DNA of 64,000 nt from a bacterium (GCA_035529855.1 DATKVX010000042.1:8653-72652), one strand, 5' to 3'. Counted from the first letter of the stretch, positions 37,807-47,697 are shown. A program made the numbers and translations. The notes: a model not told the origin generated them from the letters alone.

Positions 37807-38438
37807 TCGCTTTAGAAACGTCCACCACGCGCGCCTCGGTGGCGTTCGTGGACGCGTCGTCGTCTTTCGAAGCGGCGCGCCGCATCGACGCCGAGGGGCG
37901 TTTATCGCGCGTTTTGATGCCCGCGCTCCGGGAGTTGGAGAAGGAAGCTTGGCCCGCGGCGGAAGCGGATTTGATAGTAACCGCCGGCGGGCCCGGGTCG
38001 TTTACGGGCCTCAGGGTCGGGATGGCCGCGGCCAAAGGTTTGGCGTTCGTCACCGGCCTTCCGCTCGTGGCCATATCCTCGCTCGCGGCGGTCGCATCCG
38101 CGGCGCCCGGCGACGGCGCCGTGGTAACGGTGTCGGACGCGCGGGGCGGTTTTTATTTTTACGCCGTCTACGACAGCGCGCCTCCTTACCCGAAGGAAAT
38201 CCTCGCCCCCGACATAGGGGACGAGCTTACGTTAGCGACCTTACCGTACGACGTATACGCGGGTCCGGTGTCGCCGCCGGCGGCCTGGCTCCGTCGAGCG
38301 CGGCCCGCGGGCCGTTGGCTCGAGGTCTGGCCCGACGCCGCGGTATTGGGTCGTTTGGGCGCTCGGGCGTTCGAACGCCGCGGCCCCGACGACGTCGCGA
38401 CCCTCCGGCCGTACTACCTTAAAAGAGGGCAGGTGTGA
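37797..38438 (+). CDS. tsaB: tRNA threonylcarbamoyladenosine biosynthesis protein TsaB (YeaZ).
   Basis: LALETSTTRASVA and GPGSFTGLRVG motifs; TTG start overlapping the tsaE stop. Confidence 0.85.
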   Translation: MRVVALETSTTRASVAFVDASSSFEAARRIDAEGRLSRVLMPALRELEKEAWPAAEADLIVTAGGPGSFTGLRVGMAAAKGLAFVTGLPLVAISSLAAVASAAPGDGAVVTVSDARGGFYFYAVYDSAPPYPKEILAPDIGDELTLATLPYDVYAGPVSPPAAWLRRARPAGRWLEVWPDAAVLGRLGARAFERRGPDDVATLRPYYLKRGQV

Positions 38439-38872
38439 TAACCACGCTAAGGCTTGCCGAGCCGCGCGACGTGCCGGCGATAAGCGCCATCGAAAAAGCG
38501 GCGTTTCCCTGTCCCTGGCCCGAACGCGCCCTCTACGGCGAAATCGAGAACGATTTGGCGACGTTTAAAATTTTATCGCTCGAGGGGCGGGTGGCAGGCT
38601 ACTACGATTTATGGATTTGCGCCGATGAGGCCCATCTGCTGAACGTCGCGGTCGCGGCGTGGGAACGCCGGCGGGGATACGGGGCGACGATGGTGAAGGA
38701 CGCGATCGAAGAAGCCGGCCGTCGCGGCTGCCGCCGGGTCGTTTTAGAAGTGCGGCCGAGCAATCGCGCCGCCGTAAACCTTTACGAAAAATTCGGTTTT
38801 AAAAAGGTAGCGCGGCAGGCGCGTTATTACTTCGACGGCGAAGACGCCGACGTTATGTTAAAGGACCTTTAG
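38435..38872 (+). CDS. rimI: Ribosomal-protein-alanine N-acetyltransferase.
   Basis: GNAT fold with RRRGYG acetyl-CoA motif; conserved tsaB-rimI synteny. Confidence 0.8.
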   Translation: MITTLRLAEPRDVPAISAIEKAAFPCPWPERALYGEIENDLATFKILSLEGRVAGYYDLWICADEAHLLNVAVAAWERRRGYGATMVKDAIEEAGRRGCRRVVLEVRPSNRAAVNLYEKFGFKKVARQARYYFDGEDADVMLKDL

Positions 38873-38889
38873 GTCGCACCGTACTACGC

Positions 38890-38918
38890 AAAAGGCGCCC
38901 GGCGACGGGCGCCTTTTT
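38890..38918. terminator. Bidirectional intrinsic terminator: AAAA-GGCGCCCG-gcga-CGGGCGCC-TTTTT.
   Basis: Perfect 8-bp GC stem with a GNRA loop flanked by A- and T-tracts, between convergent rimI (+) and queE (-). Confidence 0.7.
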
Positions 38919-38934
38919 AACCACTCGTTTGCGT

Positions 38935-39663
38935 TTACCTTAAACCCAGTACGCGATGTATTTGCGGTATAAGGCGGACGTCGGCAAGGAGCGTCGTGAG
39001 CTGGGCCGTGAGCACGAGCAGCCGCTCCGCCTCGCCCGGGGGAGGAGGTTTCTCGTCGTTACGGGGTTGGATTACGAACGGGATGTCGCCGTTAACGTCC
39101 GCGACGAGGCGGGCCGCTTCCATAACCTCTCCCTCGCCCGTATCCGGGCCCACCACCGCTTTCACGTAGCACGTCTTCTGTCCGGCGACCTTGAGGAAGT
39201 CCCTGGTCGCGGCGACCGGTAAGGGCCGCCCCGAGAACGACGGCAGCTTTACGTCCACGGCGACGACGTCGACCCTCGGTATTACCTCCGCCAACTCGCG
39301 GTGATGGTACCCTCGGGTTTCGAGCAAAACGCGTTTGCCCGTCTTGGAAAGGCGCGTCAAAAGGAGCGATAAGAAGCCGGGTTGCTCGAGCGGCTCGCCG
39401 CCCGTGATCGCGAGGAAAGGTAGGCCCCGCAGAAGGGGCACCGCGTGGGTAGTAAGGTCGACGACTTTCACCGGGTTGGCCACGGCTCTGGCGTTGGGGC
39501 CGTGAATGGGGAATTGCGACATCTGCGTACGCGCGCGGGGCGTGTCGCAGTGCTCGCACGCCGCCTGGCACCCGCCGAACCGAATGAACAGCATCGGCGT
39601 ACCGACCAGCGGCCCTTCTCCCTGGACGCTAACGAATATTTCGTCGATATATCCTTTCAGCAT
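38935..39663 (-). CDS. queE: 7-carboxy-7-deazaguanine synthase (radical SAM).
   Basis: CQAACEHCDT cluster; 242 aa; in an operon with queC and queD. Confidence 0.85.
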   Translation of the reverse strand: MLKGYIDEIFVSVQGEGPLVGTPMLFIRFGGCQAACEHCDTPRARTQMSQFPIHGPNARAVANPVKVVDLTTHAVPLLRGLPFLAITGGEPLEQPGFLSLLLTRLSKTGKRVLLETRGYHHRELAEVIPRVDVVAVDVKLPSFSGRPLPVAATRDFLKVAGQKTCYVKAVVGPDTGEGEVMEAARLVADVNGDIPFVIQPRNDEKPPPPGEAERLLVLTAQLTTLLADVRLIPQIHRVLGLR

Positions 39664-40217
39664 ACGCCCCTGACTTTGCTTAGCGCTTCGACGAAGCGGT
39701 CCACTTCGTCGACGTACCGGGACATCACGGCCGCCGCCAACTCTTCGGCGTCGACGTTAAGCCGCTTCAGGTCGGCGACCTCTACCGGCGCGCCGGCGCC
39801 GTCGACGTTGACGCCGAAGTGGATAATCGCCGACGTAGGCGACGACGTGGCGATGGAGACCGTCAACTTGCCGTCGCCGGCGTAGACGTCGTCCCCTTCG
39901 CGCCGAAGCGGCGCTTGCGGCGCCCGCCGCCGCACTTCCTCCAGGACGATGGCGGCCAACAGGCGTTGCCGCCATATAGCTTCCGCCAGCGGCAGGCCGA
40001 AGTGTTCGACGACGAAATGCAACATCCGCGCGGCGACTATACTCGCGCCGGCGCGCGCGTCCTCGAGGTCGACGAGGTTCTCCGTCCGGACGTCGCAGGG
40101 CCCGACGAACGCGACGACGGCGTCTCCCGCGACGCCGAAGTTCGTCAGCGCGAAATGGCCGTATAGTTCGGTGTAAGGCCTCTCGGTACGTTCGAAATAA
40201 GTTTTTACGGACGCCAC
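39657..40217 (-). CDS. DUF366 family protein embedded in the queuosine-precursor operon.
   Basis: 186 aa; overlaps the queE start by 7 nt; 55 nt downstream of queC. Confidence 0.6.
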   Translation of the reverse strand: MASVKTYFERTERPYTELYGHFALTNFGVAGDAVVAFVGPCDVRTENLVDLEDARAGASIVAARMLHFVVEHFGLPLAEAIWRQRLLAAIVLEEVRRRAPQAPLRREGDDVYAGDGKLTVSIATSSPTSAIIHFGVNVDGAGAPVEVADLKRLNVDAEELAAAVMSRYVDEVDRFVEALSKVRGVC

Positions 40218-40272
40218 GTCGTCCTCTCGGTCGACGATATCAAAATCGCCCCGAAGTTAATACTTCCGTTAA

Positions 40273-40965
40273 TCATTTCGGCCGCGACGGGCCGCCGAAT
40301 ATCTCCGCGCGTAGCTCGGGATAACCCGCCGCTTCCAACGCCGCCGCGGTACGCCGGCAGGAGGCGCAACGTCCGCAAGGCCGCGGGCCCTCGCCGTAAC
40401 AAGGATATACGTATTTCAGCGGTACGCCGAGACGAACCGCTTTTTTCACGATGGCCTCTTTTCCCAGCGAAGCCGTGTACGACACGAGCTTAACCTTGCC
40501 GGCTGTGGAGTAACGAAGCGCGCCGTTCGCGGCCTTCACGAACGCCGCCGAGTTATCGGGGAAGTAGGCCGCCTCGTCGACGTTGAAGCCGACCACTACC
40601 ACCGGCGCGCCGAGAGCTTCGGCAAACGCCGCGCCTACGGCCACGAAGACGCCGTTCCTGTTCGGCACCCAAACCGCATCCACGTCCGAAAGCCGAGAGG
40701 GGAGGGATGCGCCCGCTTGGGCCAGCCGGCGCGGGAGCAACTCGCGGAACCAAGGTAACGGAACGACGCGGCTATCGACGCCGTAGAAGGAGCACAGTTT
40801 CCGGGCCGCGCGGGCCTCCGCTCGCGCCGCGCGATGGCCGTAATCGAAGGTGAGCGCCAACGCCGCCCCGCGGTAGCGCCGGGCGAGCGCCAGGTTGAGC
40901 GCGGAATCGAGGCCGCCGGAGAGGAGGACTACGGCGTTATAGGTCCGGGACGAACGACGCGGCAT
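40273..40965 (-). CDS. queC: 7-cyano-7-deazaguanine synthase.
   Basis: PP-loop SGGLDS and C-terminal zinc ligands CGRCASC; 230 aa. Confidence 0.9.
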   Translation of the reverse strand: MPRRSSRTYNAVVLLSGGLDSALNLALARRYRGAALALTFDYGHRAARAEARAARKLCSFYGVDSRVVPLPWFRELLPRRLAQAGASLPSRLSDVDAVWVPNRNGVFVAVGAAFAEALGAPVVVVGFNVDEAAYFPDNSAAFVKAANGALRYSTAGKVKLVSYTASLGKEAIVKKAVRLGVPLKYVYPCYGEGPRPCGRCASCRRTAAALEAAGYPELRAEIFGGPSRPK

Positions 40966-41314
40966 ATTTCGGCGACTCCTCGACCGTGACGCGGCGTAAC
41001 TTCGCGCCCAGCGCTTCGACCTTCGGCGCCAATCTCTCGTAGACGAAAGCCGCCACGTTTTCCGCGGTGGCGTTGCGGCTCGAGAACGCGGGCAACTCGT
41101 TCAGGTTCTGGTGGTCCAAAACGTCGAGTACCTCGTTAAGGTGCTTACTCATTATTTTGAAATCTACGGCTATCCCGAGCTCATCCAGCGTCGCGGCTTC
41201 GGCGACGGCCGTTACGGTGAAGTTATGGCCGTGCATCCTCTCGCACGAACCGTCGTATCCGCGAATCGCGTGCGCGGCGGCGAAGCGGCCTTCAACTTTA
41301 ACTAGATACGGCAT
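40937..41314 (-). CDS. queD: 6-carboxy-5,6,7,8-tetrahydropterin synthase.
   Basis: CERMHGHNF zinc motif; 125 aa. Confidence 0.9.
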   Translation of the reverse strand: MPYLVKVEGRFAAAHAIRGYDGSCERMHGHNFTVTAVAEAATLDELGIAVDFKIMSKHLNEVLDVLDHQNLNELPAFSSRNATAENVAAFVYERLAPKVEALGAKLRRVTVEESPKYAASFVPDL

Positions 41315-41320
41315 AACCTC

Positions 41321-41965
41321 TCAAACAGCCAGCGGCCCAGGCTCGAGCGACTTCCCACGAGCGGTTTCCAATAAAACCCGATACAAAATATCTACTTTTT
41401 TCTCAAGTTCCGCCGGCGACCCGGAGTTGTCGACGACCACGTCCGCCCGGGAGAGTTTGCGCCGTTCGTCGAATTGGCGGCGTTGGCGCGCGTAGAAATC
41501 CTCCTCGCCGTACTTGCCCCGCGACCGTCGCTTACGAACGTCTTCGGGGGCGTCGACCACTACGACTAAGTCGACGGGTAACGGCGAGCCCCATTCTACT
41601 ATAAGAGCGGCGTCTATGACAACCACGTCGGCGTTTTTATGGGCGGCCAACTCGCGCCTTATACGTTCCCACAACGCCGGGTGAACGACGGCGTTCAGTC
41701 GCGCCGCCGCTTCCTCGGACGCGAAGGCCGCTCGAGCCAAAGCGTCCCGGTCGACGTCGCCTCGCGCGGTGAATACCGAAGGCCCGAACGCGGCCCGTAA
41801 TCCTTCTCTTACGCGGGCCGACGTCTTTACAACGTCGCGGCCCAGCGCGTCCGCGTCAATAACCGGGACGCCCTTTTTCGACAATAGCCCGGCGACGGTA
41901 CTCTTCCCGGCGCCGATGGCCCCGGTGAGGCCGACTACCAGCGGTTTAGCCGATGCAATCATCAA
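41321..41965 (-). CDS. coaE: Dephospho-CoA kinase.
   Basis: Walker A GLTGAIGAGKST; 214 aa. Confidence 0.9.
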   Translation of the reverse strand: MMIASAKPLVVGLTGAIGAGKSTVAGLLSKKGVPVIDADALGRDVVKTSARVREGLRAAFGPSVFTARGDVDRDALARAAFASEEAAARLNAVVHPALWERIRRELAAHKNADVVVIDAALIVEWGSPLPVDLVVVVDAPEDVRKRRSRGKYGEEDFYARQRRQFDERRKLSRADVVVDNSGSPAELEKKVDILYRVLLETARGKSLEPGPLAV

Positions 41966-42042
41966 TAATTTCTAACATTTTATAGGACGAAACGCAAGTT
42001 TTTTCCTTGCGTTTATGATAACTACGTGATAATATCCTTTAA

Positions 42043-43167
42043 GTGGGGAAACGTACGATTTATTGGCGCGTTATCGGCCTGTTCGCGGTCCCGGCTTTGA
42101 CCGCTGCTGCGTCGTTCGCCGGGGACGACGCCGACTTCCGGCGAGATCTGTTTTCCGAAATCCACGGGATACCGGAAGTCGAGGAAGCGATGTTCAAAGA
42201 AGTCAATCGCGTCAGGGAAGAAGCGGGGTTACACCCGCTTGCGTTCGACGACGGTTTGACGGCCGCGGCCCGCCAGCATTCCGACGAGATGAGGCGGCTC
42301 TACTATTTCGCTCACGAGTCGCCGACGCCCGGTTTAAAGGATGCCTTGGACCGTGTGTACGGCGCCGGTTTGACGGATATCTCGGTCGCCGAGAACCTGG
42401 CGTCCGAGAACAGCGTGCCCCCTTCCGCCGACGCGGACGAGGTAGGCCGCAAACTCACCGAACTCCTGCTCGCGAGCGAATATCATCGGGAAAACATCCT
42501 CGACCGGCGTTTTACGCACTCCGGTATCGGCTGCGTGGTTTCCGACGAGGGGACGCTTTTCTGCACCCAGGTTTTTTCAAAACGCTCCATCGTATTTAAA
42601 AAAATTAAACTTAAACGGGAAACCGCCGGCGTCTTACGAGTAACCTTGACGCTAGAGACCGACGACATTATCGGCGTATGGTTGGACGAAGTCGATACGC
42701 ACATATTCGAACCCGAAAACGGTTTGGTAGTCGTCGACCTATGGTTTCGCACCGCGGACGGGCCGCGGAAAGTGGTCGTCGCGCGCCGGCCGGCAAACGA
42801 GTACGGCGCTATGAAGGGGTTTTTTATGGCCGAATTCGACCCCGAAAAGCCGTTCGACTTTAGCGCCGGGATAACGGACCTCGACGTCGTCTCGGAGGAA
42901 CAAACGCGCGATGAATCCTCGGTTTACGTACTCGAGGTCGAGGGGGAGATTTTAACCGGCGCGGGGAACTTGAAGATAGCGGACGGCAATTCCCAATACG
43001 ACGTTAAAATTAAAGGGAAAAAATTTAAAGCGAAATACCCTATATTGGCCGGTTCGGGCTTACGCGAAATATATTTCGTAACCGGAGGCGAAACGGCGCA
43101 CGGGTTAAAAGTGGACGCCGACCGCCCGTTGGCGGAGGCTTTCTGCCAAACGGCGCCGGGAGAATAA
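42043..43167 (+). CDS. Secreted CAP/SCP/PR-1-like domain protein with a lower-GC C-terminal beta-rich domain.
   Basis: Signal peptide; the CAP-domain core HSDEMRRLYYFAHESP...HRENILDRRFTHSGIGC. Confidence 0.7.
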   Translation: MGKRTIYWRVIGLFAVPALTAAASFAGDDADFRRDLFSEIHGIPEVEEAMFKEVNRVREEAGLHPLAFDDGLTAAARQHSDEMRRLYYFAHESPTPGLKDALDRVYGAGLTDISVAENLASENSVPPSADADEVGRKLTELLLASEYHRENILDRRFTHSGIGCVVSDEGTLFCTQVFSKRSIVFKKIKLKRETAGVLRVTLTLETDDIIGVWLDEVDTHIFEPENGLVVVDLWFRTADGPRKVVVARRPANEYGAMKGFFMAEFDPEKPFDFSAGITDLDVVSEEQTRDESSVYVLEVEGEILTGAGNLKIADGNSQYDVKIKGKKFKAKYPILAGSGLREIYFVTGGETAHGLKVDADRPLAEAFCQTAPGE

Positions 43168-43174
43168 CGCCGTT

Positions 43175-44122
43175 ATGAAAGTAGACACGGCCGTCGACCG
43201 CAAGAGCGACGTACTCGCCGAGATGGCGCAGTTGAAACGGGCTGAAAACGCCGCCTTCCTGGTACATAACTACCAGATCGCCGAAGTGCAAGACATAGGG
43301 GACTTCGTCGGCGATTCCTTGGGCCTGGCCCAGGTCGCGGCCCAAACCGACGCCGACCTCATCGTCTTATGCGGCGTTCGGTTTATGGCCGAGACGGCGA
43401 AGCTGCTCAACCCGGAAAAAACGGTGCTCTTGCCGGAGCAAGATGCGAATTGCCCCATGGCGCAAATGGTCCGGCCGGGGGACGTTTTAGCGCTTAAGGG
43501 GGAACACCCCGACGCGGTCGTCGTGTCGTACGTAAACACGACCGCCGCGACGAAAGCCGTAACCGACATTTGTTGCACGTCGGCTAATGCCGTAAAAGTG
43601 GTTTCTTCCATCCCGGAGGACCGCGAGATAATATTCACCCCCGACCAACACCTGGGCGCGTACGTGCACAAGATGACAGGCCGGGACTTGATAATCTGGC
43701 CGGGTTGTTGCCCCACCCACGCCCGCGTCACCGCGGAGATGGTCCTGGAAGCCAAGGGAGAACACCCGGGCGCTAAAGTCGTCGTGCACCCGGAGTGCCC
43801 GATGGAGGTAATCGAGCTGGCCGACGCCGTGCGTTCCACGAGCGGCATGCTAAAATATTGCGCCGAGTCGGACGCCTCCGACTTCATAATAGGGACCGAG
43901 AAGGGGATGTTGTACCCGCTCAAGAAACGTTGCCCCGAGAAAAATTTCTGGCCCGTGGCCGAGGAAACGGTTTGCCCGAATATGAAGTTGACCAAACTCG
44001 AGAGCGTCCGCGACGCGCTCAAGAACACGCAGTACGAGATAACGATACCGCCGGATATCGCCGAACCCGCCCGACGGGCGATAGACCGCATGATGGAGAT
44101 AGGGCGGGAAAGCGGGAACTGA
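43175..44122 (+). CDS. nadA: Quinolinate synthase.
   Basis: The three conserved Cys ([4Fe-4S] ligands) are in context, and the conserved NadA histidine appears in VHNYQIAEVQDIGDFVGDSLGLA; 315 aa. Confidence 0.9.
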   Translation: MKVDTAVDRKSDVLAEMAQLKRAENAAFLVHNYQIAEVQDIGDFVGDSLGLAQVAAQTDADLIVLCGVRFMAETAKLLNPEKTVLLPEQDANCPMAQMVRPGDVLALKGEHPDAVVVSYVNTTAATKAVTDICCTSANAVKVVSSIPEDREIIFTPDQHLGAYVHKMTGRDLIIWPGCCPTHARVTAEMVLEAKGEHPGAKVVVHPECPMEVIELADAVRSTSGMLKYCAESDASDFIIGTEKGMLYPLKKRCPEKNFWPVAEETVCPNMKLTKLESVRDALKNTQYEITIPPDIAEPARRAIDRMMEIGRESGN

Positions 44123-44128
44123 GGAGCG

Positions 44129-44971
44129 TTGGCCGTGCCGGCCGAATCTGCTTTGGATGACGTCGTATCTCGGGCCCTTCAGGAAGACGTGGGCTCGGGC
44201 GACCTTACGACGACGCTGCTCGGCATCAGCGGGGAGCGGGCTCGAGCCGCGGTCGTCGCCCGCGACAGCGGCGTCCTGTTCGGCATCGACGTCGCGCGCC
44301 GCGTCTTCCGTACCCTTGACCGCCGCGTAATATTCAACGCCCTGCTCGAGGACGGCCGCAAATTCTCGGCGGGCCGGGCCGTGGCGAGGTTGCAAGGACC
44401 CGCCGGCCCCATATTGGCCGGCGAACGGGTAGCGCTGAACTTCATCCAACGGCTCTCGGGCATCGCGACGCTAACGGCGGCGTTCGTCGCGCGCGCCGAT
44501 AACGTAACGGTGACGATACTCGATACGCGGAAGACGACGCCGGGCCTGCGTTCCTTAGAGAAAGCCGCGGTGCGGGCGGGAGGCGGCGAAAACCACCGCC
44601 TCGGCCTTTACGACGGTATTATGGTCAAGGACAGCCATAAAAGGTTATGCGGCGGCGTCGCGGAGGCGATCAGGCGGGCGCAGGAGAAACGAAGCCGCGG
44701 CGTGCCGATTTACGCCGAAGTGGAAACCATCGCGGAGGCGGAAGCAGCCGCAGCGGCCGGAGCCGACGTCATCATGCTCGACAACTTCGACCCCGACGCC
44801 GCGAGCGACGCTTGTATCGCCGTAAACGGCCGCGCCGTCGTAGAGGTCTCGGGTGGCGTCAAGTTGTCGAACGTGGCGGCGTACGCCCGCACGGGCGCGA
44901 CGCGTATTTCCGTAGGCGCGCTAACCCATTCCGCGCCGGCGCTCGATTTCTCCCTGGAAGTGGAGGTTTAA
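44129..44971 (+). CDS. nadC: Nicotinate-nucleotide pyrophosphorylase (carboxylating).
   Basis: LDTRKTTPGLR and IMLDNF motifs; 280 aa; adjacent to nadA. Confidence 0.9.
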   Translation: MAVPAESALDDVVSRALQEDVGSGDLTTTLLGISGERARAAVVARDSGVLFGIDVARRVFRTLDRRVIFNALLEDGRKFSAGRAVARLQGPAGPILAGERVALNFIQRLSGIATLTAAFVARADNVTVTILDTRKTTPGLRSLEKAAVRAGGGENHRLGLYDGIMVKDSHKRLCGGVAEAIRRAQEKRSRGVPIYAEVETIAEAEAAAAAGADVIMLDNFDPDAASDACIAVNGRAVVEVSGGVKLSNVAAYARTGATRISVGALTHSAPALDFSLEVEV

Positions 44972-44989
44972 GCCGCCGGGGGTAACGTC

Positions 44990-45349
44990 ATGGCCGAAGA
45001 TTTTCTAAGCGACCGCCACAAGATTTTTTACTCCATCGGCGAGGTCTCGGCGCTCACCGGCCTTAAAAGCCATATCCTCCGGTACTGGGAATCGGAGTTC
45101 CCGACGCTGAAGCCCGAGAAGCGGTCCAACGGCCGCCGCGCATACCGTAAGGCCGACATCCTTTTGGTATTGGCCATAAAGAAATTGTTGTACGAAGAAG
45201 GCTATACCATTGCCGGAGCCCGCAAGAAACTCGCCGCCGCGCGCCGGCGGCCGGCCCAGGACAGGGGTATGGTCGCCGAACTCCGCAAAGACCTCGAGAA
45301 ATTGCTCGGCCTTCTCGCCGCCGGCGACAAAAAACGGGCCAAGCGGTAG
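44990..45349 (+). CDS. MerR-family transcriptional regulator.
   Basis: N-terminal HTH YSIGEVSALTGLKSHILRYWE; 119 aa. Confidence 0.75.
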   Translation: MAEDFLSDRHKIFYSIGEVSALTGLKSHILRYWESEFPTLKPEKRSNGRRAYRKADILLVLAIKKLLYEEGYTIAGARKKLAAARRRPAQDRGMVAELRKDLEKLLGLLAAGDKKRAKR

Positions 45350-45433
45350 CCATCCGAACGGGGTACCGCTTGCATATCCGGTACCGATTTAGTATAATAA
45401 ATAGGCGGCGGGCGATTGCCCGGCGCGGATTAT

Positions 45434-45507
<74 letters not shown>

Positions 45508-45517
45508 AAAAGTTTAA

Positions 45518-45543
45518 GGAGACTCCGCGAGGAGTCTCTTTTG
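45518..45543 (+). terminator. Intrinsic terminator: GAGACTCC-gcga-GGAGTCTC followed by TTTTG.
   Basis: 8-bp stem, GNRA loop and T-tract directly after tRNA-Pro(CGG). Confidence 0.65.
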
Positions 45544-45684
45544 TTTACGGCCCACGCGGAAGCGAACGACGCGAGTAGGTCGCAAAAGGCATCCCTGCCG
45601 CGCAAGACCGTTGTCTTAAGGGACGGTGGGGCGAATTTTTCGGTTGCCGCGCGGGTTGTTTTTATATATTATATAGGCTGACGC

Positions 45685-45758
45685 GGGGGCGTAGCGCAGT
45701 CCGGTAGCGCACCTGTATGGGGGGCAGGTGGTCGGAGGTTCAAATCCTCTCGCCCCCA
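45685..45758 (+). tRNA. tRNA-Pro (anticodon GGG).
   Basis: Acceptor GGGGGCG/CGCCCCC, anticodon stem CCTGT/GCAGG, loop ATGGGGG (G37), T-arm GGAGG-TTCAAAT-CCTCT; an upstream TATATT/TATATA -10-like box. Confidence 0.8.
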
Positions 45759-45805
45759 AATTCCCGTCGCCGCGGCCCTACCGGTGCCGCGGCAACCGAT
45801 AATTT

Positions 45806-46258
45806 ATGCTCGTCCAACTTAGCGTAATCGGCGACGCGGCCGCCGAGCCGGGGCTCGCCGAGACCGCCTACGAAGTCGGCCGTCGAGCCGCCGAACGCGG
45901 ATGGATAGTAATCAACGGCGGCCTGGGGGGCGTAATGGAAGCCGCGAGCAGAGGAGCCAGGGAAGCGGGGGGCACGACGGTCGGCATCCTTCCGACGTAC
46001 GACGCGGCGACCGCCAACGATTACATAGATATAATAATCCCCACAGGATTGGGCCACGCGCGAAATACGGTACTCGTCGCCGCGGCCTCCGGCGTAATAG
46101 CCGTAGGCGGCCGTTACGGGACTTTATCCGAAATAGCGCTGGCCTTAAAACTCGGGAAACCCGTGGTAGGTATAAATACCTGGCCCGGCATAGAGGGGGT
46201 ATGGCCGGCGCCGGACGCGGAGGCCGCGGTAGCCAAGCTCGCGTCGTTATTGAAGTAA
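45806..46258 (+). CDS. TIGR00725 / LOG-like Rossmann-fold protein.
   Basis: GGLGGVMEAASRGA...IIIPTGLG...IAVGGRYGTLSE pattern of the LOG/SLOG superfamily; 150 aa. Confidence 0.65.
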   Translation: MLVQLSVIGDAAAEPGLAETAYEVGRRAAERGWIVINGGLGGVMEAASRGAREAGGTTVGILPTYDAATANDYIDIIIPTGLGHARNTVLVAAASGVIAVGGRYGTLSEIALALKLGKPVVGINTWPGIEGVWPAPDAEAAVAKLASLLK

Positions 46259-46264
46259 ACGAAG

Positions 46265-46552
46265 ATGCTCTCCGCCGACGTCGTCAGGCGCAGGTTATTA
46301 TTCTCGGGCGTAGTCCAGGGCGTGGGGTTCCGTTATTGGGCCGTTCGCGAATCGGCGGTGTTCAAAGTGACCGGCTACGTGCGGAATATGTACGACGGCT
46401 CGTTGGAAGCCGTGCTCGAGGGGCCGCGCGACGAGGTATTGGGTTTCGAACGGGTTCTCCGCCAAGGGCCGCCTTACGGCCGCATCCGTCGCGTGGACGG
46501 GATAGACGAGGAGCCGAGGGGAGAATTCGCATCGTTCGACGTTAAGTTTTGA
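46265..46552 (+). CDS. acyP: Acylphosphatase.
   Basis: VQGVGFRYW signature; 95 aa. Confidence 0.85.
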   Translation: MLSADVVRRRLLFSGVVQGVGFRYWAVRESAVFKVTGYVRNMYDGSLEAVLEGPRDEVLGFERVLRQGPPYGRIRRVDGIDEEPRGEFASFDVKF

Positions 46553-46680
46553 TCCAGCCAAGGCCGCGTGTTTACAGGACGACTATTCGCGCCCCCGGCC
46601 GGCGTATCGTGCCGGGTATATATTTTAAGGCTTCAAAACGGCCTTGACGTCGCCGCTTCCAGGCTCGTCGTGATTCGCCG

Positions 46681-47670
46681 TTGAGGAATAACGTGGCAAA
46701 AAAACCGCCCCCCGACGAAAGCCCCGAAAAACCGGACCGCCTCGACGAAGAGACGGAGGCCGAAGACGAAGACGCCCTCGGGCCCGACCAGATCTCCGAG
46801 GTCATAGACGACCTCGAGTCGGAGAAGGAGTACGAGGCCAACCTCGTGCGGGCGTACCTGTTGGATATCTCCAAGATCCCCATTCTAACTAAAGAGGAAG
46901 AAATCGAGCTGGCCCGGAAGATAGAGAAGGGCGACGGCGACGCCCGGGCCAAGATGATCGTCTCCAACCTGCGCCTCGTAGTAAACGTCGCGAAGCAGTC
47001 CATCGGCAGAGGGATGTTTTTCCTGGACCTCATAGAGGAGGGGAACCTCGGCCTTATCCGCGCGGTGGAGAAGTTCTCGTACCTCAAGGGCTGTCGGTTC
47101 AGCACCTACGCCACGTGGTGGATTCGGCAAACCATAAACCGAGCGCTGATAAATCAGGGGAGGACCATAAGGGTGCCGGTACACGTCGTCGACCTTACCA
47201 AGAAATATTTCCGTACCCTGCAGGGATTGGCTCACGAGCTGGAGCGGGAACCGGCGCCGGCCGAAGTAGCGGCGGTTATGGGTATTTCGCGGGAACAAGT
47301 CGAACGGATCCTCCTGTCGTCCCGCAGGACCTACAAACTCGACGCCGAACTGCCCGGGTCCGAGCGGTCGCTTTTGGAAAAGGTCGAGGACGATAAAGCC
47401 GAAGCGCCGTACGCGACGGCTTATCTGCTCGTGCGGTACGGTAGACTGGCCGAACTAATGAAGCGCCTTAGCAAAAGGGAGCAGGACGTCTTACGGATGA
47501 GGTTCGGCCTCGACGGCCACGAACAGCTAACCTTAAAAAAGACCGGCGAGAAATTGGGGATAACGCGCGAACGCGTGCGCCAAATAGAGAAAGAGGCGTT
47601 GAACAAACTACGGCAAATGGCCAAGTCCGAGGGGGGTTCGAGTGATAATATGTTCGGTGACGTTCCATAA
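46681..47670 (+). CDS. RNA polymerase sigma factor, sigma-70 family group 1/2 (RpoD/RpoS-like) with an acidic N-terminus.
   Basis: Region 2 FSTYATWWIRQTINRAL; region 4 LTLKKTGEKLGITRERVRQIEKEAL; 329 aa. Confidence 0.85.
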   Translation: MRNNVAKKPPPDESPEKPDRLDEETEAEDEDALGPDQISEVIDDLESEKEYEANLVRAYLLDISKIPILTKEEEIELARKIEKGDGDARAKMIVSNLRLVVNVAKQSIGRGMFFLDLIEEGNLGLIRAVEKFSYLKGCRFSTYATWWIRQTINRALINQGRTIRVPVHVVDLTKKYFRTLQGLAHELEREPAPAEVAAVMGISREQVERILLSSRRTYKLDAELPGSERSLLEKVEDDKAEAPYATAYLLVRYGRLAELMKRLSKREQDVLRMRFGLDGHEQLTLKKTGEKLGITRERVRQIEKEALNKLRQMAKSEGGSSDNMFGDVP

Positions 47671-47697
47671 CGTCGTGCCGGCCGAAAGGAGCATCAG

